A stretch of 64,000 nucleotides of DNA from Eledone cirrhosa (lineage: Eukaryota): NCBI GenBank assembly GCA_964016885.1, contig OZ024747.1, positions 61,752,001 to 61,816,000 on the forward strand. Reading direction: 5' to 3'. The notes under the pieces were generated by a model. That model saw nothing but the letters and a program-made list of their open reading frames with translations. It had not been told where the DNA came from and did not search any database. The position numbers and the translations under genes were made by a program. The stretch's first letter is position 1; each line of letters begins with the position of its first letter. Shown piece after piece: positions 23,501 to 35,500 of this stretch.

Positions 23501-26500
23501 GACGCAGCCTCGTTCTGGACTCAGCCTCGTTCTGGACTCAGCCTCGTTCTGGACGCAGCCTCGTTCTGGACTCAGCCTCGTTCTGGACGCAGCCTCGTTC
23601 TGGACGCAGCCTCGTTCTGGACTCAGCCTCGTTCTGGACTCAGCCTCGTTCTGGACTCAGCCTCGTTCTGGACTCAGCCTCGTTCTGGACGCAGCCTCGT
23701 TCTGGACGCAGCCTCGTTCTGGACTCAGCCTCGTTCTGGACGCAGCCTCGTTCTGGACTCAGCCTCGTTCTGGACTCAGCCTCGTTCTGGACTCAGCCTC
23801 GTTCTGGACTCAGCCTCGGTTTGGACACAGCCTCGTTCTGGACTCAGCCTCGTACAGGACTCAGCCTCGTTCCGGACACAGCCTCGTTCTGGACGCAGCC
23901 TCGTTCTGAACGCAGCCTCGTTCTGGGCTCAGCCTCGTTCTGGACGCAGCCTCGTTTGGACTCAGCCTCGTTCTGGACACAGCCTCGTTCTGGACTCAGC
24001 CTCGTTCTGGACTCAGCCTCGTTCTGAACTCAGCCTCCTTCTGGACGCAGCCTCGTTCTGGACTCAGCCTCGTTCTGGACTCAGCCTCGTTCTGGACTCA
24101 GCCTCGTTCTGGACACAGCCTCGTTCTGGACTCAGCCTCGTTCTGGACTCAGCCTCGTTCTGGACGCAGCCTCGTTCTGGACGCAGCATCGTTCTGGACG
24201 CAGCCTCGTTCTGGACGCAGCTTCGTTCTGGACTCAGCCTCGTTCTGGACGCAGCCTCGTTCTGGACTCAGCCTCGTTCTGGACTCAGCCTCGTTCTGGA
24301 CACAGCCTCGTTCTGAACTCAGCCTCGTTCTGGACACAGCCTCGTTCTGGACTCAGCCTCGTTCTGGACTCAGCCTCGTTCTGGACTCAGCCTCGTTCTG
24401 GACACAGCCTCGTTCTGAACTCAGCCTCGTTCTGGACACAGCCTCGTTCTGGACTCAGCCTCGTTCTGGACGCAGCCTCGTTCTGGACTCAGCCTCGTTC
24501 TGGACGCAGCCTCGTTCTGGACTCAGCCTCGTTCTGGACTCAGCCTCGTTCTGGACTCAGCCTCGTTCTGGACACAGCCTCGTTCTGGACACAGCCTCGT
24601 TCTGAACTCAGCCTCGTTCTGGACACAGCCTCGTTCTGGACTCGCCTCGTTCTGGACTCAGCCTCGTTCTGGTCTCAGCCTCGTTCTGGACTCAGCCTCG
24701 TTCTCGACACAGCCTCGTTCTGGACGCAGCCTCGTTCTGGACTCAGCCTCGTTCTGGACGCAGCCTCGTTCTGGACTCAGCCTCGTTCTGGACTCAGCCT
24801 CGTTCTGGACTCAGCCTCGTTCTGGACGCAACCTCGTTCTGGACTCAGCCTCGTTCTGGACTCAGCCTCGTTCTGGACTCAGCCTCGTTCTGGACGCAGC
24901 CTCGTTCTGGACTCAGCCTCGTTCTGGACGCAGCCTCGTTCTGGACTCAGCCTCGTTCTGGACTCAGCCTCGTTCTGGACACAGCCTCGTTCCGGACACA
25001 GCCTCGTTCTGGACGCAGCCTCGTTCTGAACGCAGCCTCGTTCTGGGCTCAGCCTCGTTCTGGACGCAGCCTCGTTTGGACTCAGCCTCGTTCTGGACAC
25101 AGCCTCGTTCTGGACTCAGCCTCGTTCTGGACTCAGCCTCGTACAGGACTCAGCCTCGTTCCGGACACAGCCTCGTTCTGGACGCAGCCTCGTTCTGAAC
25201 GCAGCCTCGTTCTGGGCTCAGCCTCGTTCTGGACGCAGCCTCGTTTGGACTCAGCCTCGTTCTGGACACAGCCTCGTTCTGGACTCAGCCTCGTTCTGGA
25301 CTCAGCCTCGTTCTGAACTCAGCCTCCTTCTGGACGCAGCCTCGTTCTGGACTCAGCCTCGTTCTGGACTCAGCCTCGTTCTGGACTCAGCCTCGTTCTG
25401 GACACAGCCTCGTTCTGGACTCAGCCTCGTTCTGGACTCAGCCTCGTTCTGGACGCAGCCTCGTTCTGGACGCAGCATCGTTCTGGACGCAGCCTCGTTC
25501 TGGACGCAGCTTCGTTCTGGACTCAGCCTCGTTCTGGACGCAGCCTCGTTCTGGACTCAGCCTCGTTCTGGACTCAGCCTCGTTCTGGACACAGCCTCGT
25601 TCTGAACTCAGCCTCGTTCTGGACACAGCCTCGTTCTGGACTCAGCCTCGTTCTGGACTCAGCCTCGTTCTGGACTCAGCCTCGTTCTGGACACAGCCTC
25701 GTTCTGAACTCAGCCTCGTTCTGGACACAGCCTCGTTCTGGACTCAGCCTCGTTCTGGACGCAGCCTCGTTCTGGACTCAGCCTCGTTCTGGACGCAGCC
25801 TCGTTCTGGACTCAGCCTCGTTCTGGACTCAGCCTCGTTCTGGACTCAGCCTCGTTCTGGACACAGCCTCGTTCTGGACACAGCCTCGTTCTGAACTCAG
25901 CCTCGTTCTGGACACAGCCTCGTTCTGGACTCGCCTCGTTCTGGACTCAGCCTCGTTCTGGTCTCAGCCTCGTTCTGGACTCAGCCTCGTTCTCGACACA
26001 GCCTCGTTCTGGACGCAGCCTCGTTCTGGACTCAGCCTCGTTCTGGACGCAGCCTCGTTCTGGACTCAGCCTCGTTCTGGACTCAGCCTCGTTCTGGACT
26101 CAGCCTCGTTCTGGACGCAACCTCGTTCTGGACTCAGCCTCGTTCTGGACTCAGCCTCGTTCTGGACTCAGCCTCGTTCTGGACGCAGCCTCGTTCTGGA
26201 CTCAGCCTCGTTCTGGACGCAGCCTCGTTCTGGACTCAGCCTCGTTCTGGACTCAGCCTCGTTCTGGACACAGCCTCGTTCTGGACTCAGTCTCGTTCTG
26301 GACTCAGCCTCGTTCTGGACTCAGCCTCGTTCTGGACTCAGCCTCGTTCTGGACACAGCCTCGTTCTGAACTCAGCCTCGTTCTGGACTCAGCCTCGTTC
26401 TGGTCTCAGCCTCGTTCTGGAATCAGCCTCGTTATGGACGCAGCCTCGTTCTGGAATCAGCCTCGGTCTGGACGCAGCCTCGTTCTGAACTCAGCCTCGT

Positions 26501-29500
26501 TCTCGACGCAGCCTCGTTCTGGACTCAGCCTCGTTCTGGACTCAGCCTCGTTCTGGACGCAACCTCGGTCTGGACTCAGCCTCGTTCTGGACGCAGCCTC
26601 GTTCTGGACTCAGCCTCGTTCTGGACTCAGCCTCGTTCTGGACGCAGCCTCGTTCTGGACTCAGCCTCGTTCTGGACGCAGCCTCGTTCTGGACGCAGCC
26701 TCGTTCTGGACTCAGCCTCGTTCTGGACTCAGCCTCGTTCTGGACTCAGCCTCGTTCTGGACTCAGCCTCGTTCTGGACGCAGCCTCGTTCTGGACGCAG
26801 CCTCGTTCTGGACTCAGCCTCGTTCTGGACGCAGCCTCGTTCTGGACTCAGCCTCGTTCTGGACTCAGCCTCGTTCTGGACTCAGCCTCGTTCTGGACTC
26901 AGCCTCGGTTTGGACACAGCCTCGTTCTGGACTCAGCCTCGTACAGGACTCAGCCTCGTTCCGGACACAGCCTCGTTCTGGACGCAGCCTCGTTCTGAAC
27001 GCAGCCTCGTTCTGGGCTCAGCCTCGTTCTGGACGCAGCCTCGTTTGGACTCAGCCTCGTTCTGGACACAGCCTCGTTCTGGACTCAGCCTCGTTCTGGA
27101 CTCAGCCTCGTTCTGAACTCAGCCTCCTTCTGGACGCAGCCTCGTTCTGGACTCAGCCTCGTTCTGGACTCAGCCTCGTTCTGGACTCAGCCTCGTTCTG
27201 GACACAGCCTCGTTCTGGACTCAGCCTCGTTCTGGACTCAGCCTCGTTCTGGACGCAGCCTCGTTCTGGACGCAGCCTCGTTCTGGACGCAGCCTCGTTC
27301 TGGACGCAGCTTCGTTCTGGACTCAGCCTCGTTCTGGACGCAGCCTCGTTCTGGACTCAGCCTCGTTCTGGACTCAGCCTCGTTCTGGACTCAGCCTCGT
27401 TCTCAACTCAGCCTCGTTCTGGACTCAGCCTCGTTCTGGACGCAGCCTCGTTCTGGACGCAGCCTCGTTCTGGACTCAGCCTCGTTCTGGACGCAGCCTC
27501 GTTCGGGACTCAGCCTCGTTCTGGACGCAGCCTCGTTCGGGACTCAGCCTCGTTCTGGACTCAGCCTCGTTCTGGACTCAGCCTCGTTCTGGACTCAGCC
27601 TCGTTCTGGACGCAGCCTCGTTCTGGACTCAGCCTCGTTCTGGACTCAGCCTCGTTCTGGACTCAGCCTCGTTCTGGACTCAGCCTCGTTCTGGACACAG
27701 CCTCGTTCTGAACTCAGCCTCGTTCTGGACACAGCCTCGTTCTGGACTCAGCCTCGTTCTGGACTCAGCCTCGTTCTGGACTCAGCCTCGTTCTGGACAC
27801 AGCCTCGTTCTGAACTCAGCCTCGTTCTGGACACAGCCTCGTTCTGGACTCAGCCTCGTTCTGGACGCAGCCTCGTTCTGGACTCAGCCTCGTTCTGGAC
27901 GCAGCCTCGTTCTGGACTCAGCCTCGTTCTGGACTCAGCCTCGTTCTGGACTCAGCCTCGTTCTGGACACAGCCTCGTTCTGGACACAGCCTCGTTCTGA
28001 ACTCAGCCTCGTTCTGGACACAGCCTCGTTCTGGACTCAGCCTCGTTTTGGACTCAGCCTCGTTCTGGTCTCAGCCTCGTTCTGGACTCAGCCTCGTTCT
28101 CGACACAGCCTCGTTCTGGACGCAGCCTCGTTCTGGACTCAGCCTCGTTCTGGACTCAGCCTCGTTCTGGACTCAGCCTCGTTCTGGACTCAGCCTCGTT
28201 CTGGACTCAGCCTCGTTCTGGACGCAACCTCGTTCTGGACTCAGCCTCGTTCTGGACTCAGCCTCGTTCTGGACTCAGCCTCGTTCTGGACGCAGCCTCG
28301 TTCTGGACTCAGCCTCGTTCTGGACGCAGCCTCGTTCTGGACTCAGCCTCGTTCTGGACTCAGCCTCGTTCTGGACACAGCCTCGTTCTGGACTCAGCCT
28401 CGTTCTGGACTCAGCCTCGTTCTGGACTCAGCCTCGTTTTGGACGCAGCCTCGTTCTGGACGCAGCCTCGTTCTGGACGCAGCCTCGTTCTGGACTCAGC
28501 CTCGTTCTGGACTCAGCCTCGTTCTGGACTCAGCCTCGTTCTGAACTCAGCCTCGTTCTGGACTCAGCCTCGTTCTGGACTCAGCCTCGTTCTGGACACA
28601 GCCTCGTTCTGAACTCAGCCTCGTTCTGGACTCAGCCTCGTTCTGGTCTCAGCCTCGTTCTGGAATCAGCCTCGTTATGGACGCAGCCTCGTTCTGGAAT
28701 CAGCCTCGTTCTGGACGCAGCCTCGTTCTGAACTCAGCCTCGTTCTCGACACAGCCTCGTTCTGGACTCAGCCTCGTTCTGGACTCAGCCTCGTTCTGGA
28801 CGCAACCTCGGTCTGGACTCAGCCTCGTTCTGGACGCAGCCTCGTTCTGGACTCAGCCTCGTTCTGGACTCAGCCTCGTTCTGGACTCAGCCTCGTTCTG
28901 GACACAGCCTCGTTCTGAACTCAGCCTCGTTCTGGACACAGCCTCGTTCTGGACTCAGCCTCGTTCTGGACTCAGCCTCGTTCTGGACTCAGCCTCGTTC
29001 TGGACACAGCCTCGTTCTGGACACAGCCTCGTTCTGGACACAGCCTCGTTCTGAACCCAGCCTCGTTCTGGACACAGCCTCGTTCTGGACTCAGCCTCGT
29101 TCTGGACGCAGCCTCGTTCTGGACTCAGCCTCGTTCTGGACGCAGCCTCGTTCTGGACTCAGCCTCGTTCTGGACTCAGCCTCGTTCTGGACACAGCCTC
29201 GTTCTGAACTCAGCCTCGTTCTGGACACAGCCTCGTTCTGGACTCAGCCTCGTTCTGGACTCAGCCTCGTTCTGGACTCAGCCTCGTTCTGGACGCAGCC
29301 TCGTTCTGGACTCAGCCTCGTTCTGAACTCAGCCTCGTTCTGGACGCAGCCTCGTTCTGGACGCAGCATCGTTTGGACTCAGCCTCGTTCTGGACACAGC
29401 CTCGTTCTGGACACAGCCTCGTTCTGAACTCAGCCTCGTTCTGGACACAGCCTCGTTCTGGACTCAGCCTCGTTCTGGACTCAGCCTCGTTCTGGACGCA

Positions 29501-32500
29501 GCCTCGTTCTGGACGCAGCCTCGTTCTGGACGCAGCCTCGTTCTGGACTCAGCCTCGTTCTGGATTCAGCCTCGTTCTGGACTCAGCCTCGTTCTGGACT
29601 CAGCCTCGTTCTGGACTCAGCCTCGTTCTGGACGCAGCCTCGTTCTGGACTCAGCCTCGTTCTGGACTCAGCCTCGTTCTGGACACAGCCTCGTTCTGGA
29701 CTCAGCCTCGTTCTGGACTCAGCCTCGTTCTGGACTCAGCCTCGTTCTGGACACAGCCTCGTTCTGAACTCAGCCTCGTTCTGGACACAGCCTCGTTCTG
29801 GACTCAGCCTCGTTCTGGACGCAGCCTCGTTCTGGACTCAGCCTCGTTCTGGACGCAGCCTCGTTCTGGACGCAGCCTCGTTCTGGACTCAGCCTCGTTC
29901 TGGACTCAGCCTCGTTCTGGACTCAGCCTCGTTCTGGACTCAGCCTCGTTCTGGACGCAGCCTCGTTCTGGACGCAGCCTCGTTCTGGACTCAGCCTCGT
30001 TCTGGACGCAGCCTCGTTCTGGACTCAGCCTCGTTCTGGACTCAGCCTCGTTCTGGACTCAGCCTCGTTCTGGACTCAGCCTCGGTTTGGACACAGCCTC
30101 GTTCTGGACTCAGCCTCGTACAGGACTCAGCCTCGTTCCGGACACAGCCTCGTTCTGGACGCAGCCTCGTTCTGAACGCAGCCTCGTTCTGGGCTCAGCC
30201 TCGTTCTGGACGCAGCCTCGTTTGGACTCAGCCTCGTTCTGGACACAGCCTCGTTCTGGACTCAGCCTCGTTCTGGACTCAGCCTCGTTCTGAACTCAGC
30301 CTCCTTCTGGACGCAGCCTCGTTCTGGACTCAGCCTCGTTCTGGACTCAGCCTCGTTCTGGACTCAGCCTCGTTCTGGACACAGCCTCGTTCTGGACTCA
30401 GCCTCGTTCTGGACTCAGCCTCGTTCTGGGCGCAGCCTCGTTCTGGACGCAGCCTCGTTCTGGACGCAGCCTCGTTCTGGACGCAGCTTCGTTCTGGACT
30501 CAGCCTCGTTCTGGAAGCAGCCTCGTTCTGGACTCAGCCTCGTTCTGGACTCAGCCTCGTTCTGGACTCAGCCTCGTTCTCAACTCAGCCTCGTTCTGGA
30601 CTCAGCCTCGTTCTGGACGCAGCCTCGTTCTGGACGCAGCCTCGTTCTGGACTCAGCCTCGTTCTGGACGCAGCCTCGTTCTGGACTCAGCCTCGTTCTG
30701 GACGCAGCCTCGTTCGGGACTCAGCCTCGTTCTGGACTCAGCCTCGTTCTGGACTCAGCCTCGTTCTGGACTCAGCCTCGTTCTGGACGCAGCCTCGTTC
30801 TGGACTCAGCCTCGTTCTGGACTCAGCCTCGTTCTGGACTCAGCCTCGTTCTGGAGACAGCCTCGTTCTGAACTCAGCCTCGTTCTGGACACAGCCTCGT
30901 TCTGGACTCAGCCTCGTTCTGGACTCAGCCTCGTTCTGGACTCAGCCTCGTTCTGGACGCAGCCTCGTTCTGGACTCAGCCTCGTTCTGGACTCAGCCTC
31001 GTTCTGGACTCAGCCTCGTTCTGGACGCAACCTCGTTCTGGACTCAGCCTCGTTCTGGATTCAGCCTCGTTCTGAACGCAGCCTCGTTCTGGGCTCAGCC
31101 TCGTTCTGGACGCAGCCTCGTTTGGACTCAGCCTCGTTCTGGACACAGCCTCGTTCTGGACTCAGCCTCGTTCTGGACTCAGCCTCGTACAGGACTCAGC
31201 CTCGTTCCGGACACAGCCTCGTTCTGGACGCAGCCTCGTTCTGAACGCAGCCTCGTTCTGGGCTCAGCCTCGTTCTGGACGCAGCCTCGTTTGGACTCAG
31301 CCTCGTTCTGGACACAGCCTCGTTCTGGACTCAGCCTCGTTCTGGACTCAGCCTCGTTCTGAACTCAGCCTCCTTCTGGACGCAGCCTCGTTCTGGACTC
31401 AGCCTCGTTCTGGACTCAGCCTCGTTCTGGACTCAGCCTCGTTCTGGACACAGCCTCGTTCTGGACTCAGCCTCGTTCTGGACTCAGCCTCGTTCTGGAC
31501 GCAGCCTCGTTCTGGACGCAGCATCGTTCTGGACGCAGCCTCGTTCTGGACGCAGCTTCGTTCTGGACTCAGCCTCGTTCTGGACGCAGCCTCGTTCTGG
31601 ACTCAGCCTCGTTCTGGACTCAGCCTCGTTCTGGACACAGCCTCGTTCTGAACTCAGCCTCGTTCTGGACACAGCCTCGTTCTGGACTCAGCCTCGTTCT
31701 GGACTCAGCCTCGTTCTGGACTCAGCCTCGTTCTGGACACAGCCTCGTTCTGAACTCAGCCTCGTTCTGGACACAGCCTCGTTCTGGACTCAGCCTCGTT
31801 CTGGACGCAGCCTCGTTCTGGACTCAGCCTCGTTCTGGACGCAGCCTCGTTCTGGACTCAGCCTCGTTCTGGACTCAGCCTCGTTCTGGACTCAGCCTCG
31901 TTCTGGACACAGCCTCGTTCTGGACACAGCCTCGTTCTGAACTCAGCCTCGTTCTGGACACAGCCTCGTTCTGGACTCGCCTCGTTCTGGACTCAGCCTC
32001 GTTCTGGTCTCAGCCTCGTTCTGGACTCAGCCTCGTTCTCGACACAGCCTCGTTCTGGACGCAGCCTCGTTCTGGACTCAGCCTCGTTCTGGACGCAGCC
32101 TCGTTCTGGACTCAGCCTCGTTCTGGACTCAGCCTCGTTCTGGACTCAGCCTCGTTCTGGACGCAACCTCGTTCTGGACTCAGCCTCGTTCTGGACTCAG
32201 CCTCGTTCTGGACTCAGCCTCGTTCTGGACGCAGCCTCGTTCTGGACTCAGCCTCGTTCTGGACGCAGCCTCGTTCTGGACTCAGCCTCGTTCTGGACTC
32301 AGCCTCGTTCTGGACACAGCCTCGTTCTGGACTCAGTCTCGTTCTGGACTCAGCCTCGTTCTGGACTCAGCCTCGTTCTGGACTCAGCCTCGTTCTGGAC
32401 ACAGCCTCGTTCTGAACTCAGCCTCGTTCTGGACTCAGCCTCGTTCTGGTCTCAGCCTCGTTCTGGAATCAGCCTCGTTATGGACGCAGCCTCGTTCTGG

Positions 32501-35500
32501 AATCAGCCTCGGTCTGGACGCAGCCTCGTTCTGAACTCAGCCTCGTTCTCGACGCAGCCTCGTTCTGGACTCAGCCTCGTTCTGGACTCAGCCTCGTTCT
32601 GGACGCAACCTCGGTCTGGACTCAGCCTCGTTCTGGACGCAGCCTCGTTCTGGACTCAGCCTCGTTCTGGACTCAGCCTCGTTCTGGACGCAGCCTCGTT
32701 CTGGACTCAGCCTCGTTCTGGACGCAGCCTCGTTCTGGACGCAGCCTCGTTCTGGACTCAGCCTCGTTCTGGACTCAGCCTCGTTCTGGACTCAGCCTCG
32801 TTCTGGACTCAGCCTCGTTCTGGACGCAGCCTCGTTCTGGACGCAGCCTCGTTCTGGACTCAGCCTCGTTCTGGACGCAGCCTCGTTCTGGACTCAGCCT
32901 CGTTCTGGACTCAGCCTCGTTCTGGACTCAGCCTCGTTCTGGACTCAGCCTCGGTTTGGACACAGCCTCGTTCTGGACTCAGCCTCGTACAGGACTCAGC
33001 CTCGTTCCGGACACAGCCTCGTTCTGGACGCAGCCTCGTTCTGAACGCAGCCTCGTTCTGGGCTCAGCCTCGTTCTGGACGCAGCCTCGTTTGGACTCAG
33101 CCTCGTTCTGGACACAGCCTCGTTCTGGACTCAGCCTCGTTCTGGACTCAGCCTCGTTCTGAACTCAGCCTCCTTCTGGACGCAGCCTCGTTCTGGACTC
33201 AGCCTCGTTCTGGACTCAGCCTCGTTCTGGACTCAGCCTCGTTCTGGACACAGCCTCGTTCTGGACTCAGCCTCGTTCTGGACTCAGCCTCGTTCTGGAC
33301 GCAGCCTCGTTCTGGACGCAGCCTCGTTCTGGACGCAGCCTCGTTCTGGACGCAGCTTCGTTCTGGACTCAGCCTCGTTCTGGACGCAGCCTCGTTCTGG
33401 ACTCAGCCTCGTTCTGGACTCAGCCTCGTTCTGGACTCAGCCTCGTTCTCAACTCAGCCTCGTTCTGGACTCAGCCTCGTTCTGGACGCAGCCTCGTTCT
33501 GGACGCAGCCTCGTTCTGGACTCAGCCTCGTTCTGGACGCAGCCTCGTTCGGGACTCAGCCTCGTTCTGGACGCAGCCTCGTTCGGGACTCAGCCTCGTT
33601 CTGGACTCAGCCTCGTTCTGGACTCAGCCTCGTTCTGGACTCAGCCTCGTTCTGGACGCAGCCTCGTTCTGGACTCAGCCTCGTTCTGGACTCAGCCTCG
33701 TTCTGGACTCAGCCTCGTTCTGGACTCAGCCTCGTTCTGGACACAGCCTCGTTCTGAACTCAGCCTCGTTCTGGACACAGCCTCGTTCTGGACTCAGCCT
33801 CGTTCTGGACTCAGCCTCGTTCTGGACTCAGCCTCGTTCTGGACACAGCCTCGTTCTGAACTCAGCCTCGTTCTGGACACAGCCTCGTTCTGGACTCAGC
33901 CTCGTTCTGGACGCAGCCTCGTTCTGGACTCAGCCTCGTTCTGGACGCAGCCTCGTTCTGGACTCAGCCTCGTTCTGGACTCAGCCTCGTTCTGGACTCA
34001 GCCTCGTTCTGGACACAGCCTCGTTCTGGACACAGCCTCGTTCTGAACTCAGCCTCGTTCTGGACACAGCCTCGTTCTGGACTCAGCCTCGTTTTGGACT
34101 CAGCCTCGTTCTGGTCTCAGCCTCGTTCTGGACTCAGCCTCGTTCTCGACACAGCCTCGTTCTGGACGCAGCCTCGTTCTGGACTCAGCCTCGTTCTGGA
34201 CTCAGCCTCGTTCTGGACTCAGCCTCGTTCTGGACTCAGCCTCGTTCTGGACTCAGCCTCGTTCTGGACGCAACCTCGTTCTGGACTCAGCCTCGTTCTG
34301 GACTCAGCCTCGTTCTGGACTCAGCCTCGTTCTGGACGCAGCCTCGTTCTGGACTCAGCCTCGTTCTGGACGCAGCCTCGTTCTGGACTCAGCCTCGTTC
34401 TGGACTCAGCCTCGTTCTGGACACAGCCTCGTTCTGGACTCAGCCTCGTTCTGGACTCAGCCTCGTTCTGGACTCAGCCTCGTTTTGGACGCAGCCTCGT
34501 TCTGGACGCAGCCTCGTTCTGGACGCAGCCTCGTTCTGGACTCAGCCTCGTTCTGGACTCAGCCTCGTTCTGGACTCAGCCTCGTTCTGAACTCAGCCTC
34601 GTTCTGGACTCAGCCTCGTTCTGGACTCAGCCTCGTTCTGGACACAGCCTCGTTCTGAACTCAGCCTCGTTCTGGACTCAGCCTCGTTCTGGTCTCAGCC
34701 TCGTTCTGGAATCAGCCTCGTTATGGACGCAGCCTCGTTCTGGAATCAGCCTCGTTCTGGACGCAGCCTCGTTCTGAACTCAGCCTCGTTCTCGACACAG
34801 CCTCGTTCTGGACTCAGCCTCGTTCTGGACTCAGCCTCGTTCTGGACGCAACCTCGGTCTGGACTCAGCCTCGTTCTGGACGCAGCCTCGTTCTGGACTC
34901 AGCCTCGTTCTGGACTCAGCCTCGTTCTGGACTCAGCCTCGTTCTGGACACAGCCTCGTTCTGAACTCAGCCTCGTTCTGGACACAGCCTCGTTCTGGAC
35001 TCAGCCTCGTTCTGGACTCAGCCTCGTTCTGGACTCAGCCTCGTTCTGGACTCAGCCTCGTTCTGGACACAGCCTCGTTCTGGACACAGCCTCGTTCTGA
35101 ACCCAGCCTCGTTCTGGACACAGCCTCGTTCTGGACTCAGCCTCGTTCTGGACGCAGCCTCGTTCTGGACTCAGCCTCGTTCTGGACGCAGCCTCGTTCT
35201 GGACTCAGCCTCGTTCTGGACTCAGCCTCGTTCTGGACACAGCCTCGTTCTGAACTCAGCCTCGTTCTGGACACAGCCTCGTTCTGGACTCAGCCTCGTT
35301 CTGGACTCAGCCTCGTTCTGGACTCAGCCTCGTTCTGGACGCAGCCTCGTTCTGGACTCAGCCTCGTTCTGAACTCAGCCTCGTTCTGGACGCAGCCTCG
35401 TTCTGGACGCAGCATCGTTTGGACTCAGCCTCGTTCTGGACACAGCCTCGTTCTGGACACAGCCTCGTTCTGAACTCAGCCTCGTTCTGGACACAGCCTC

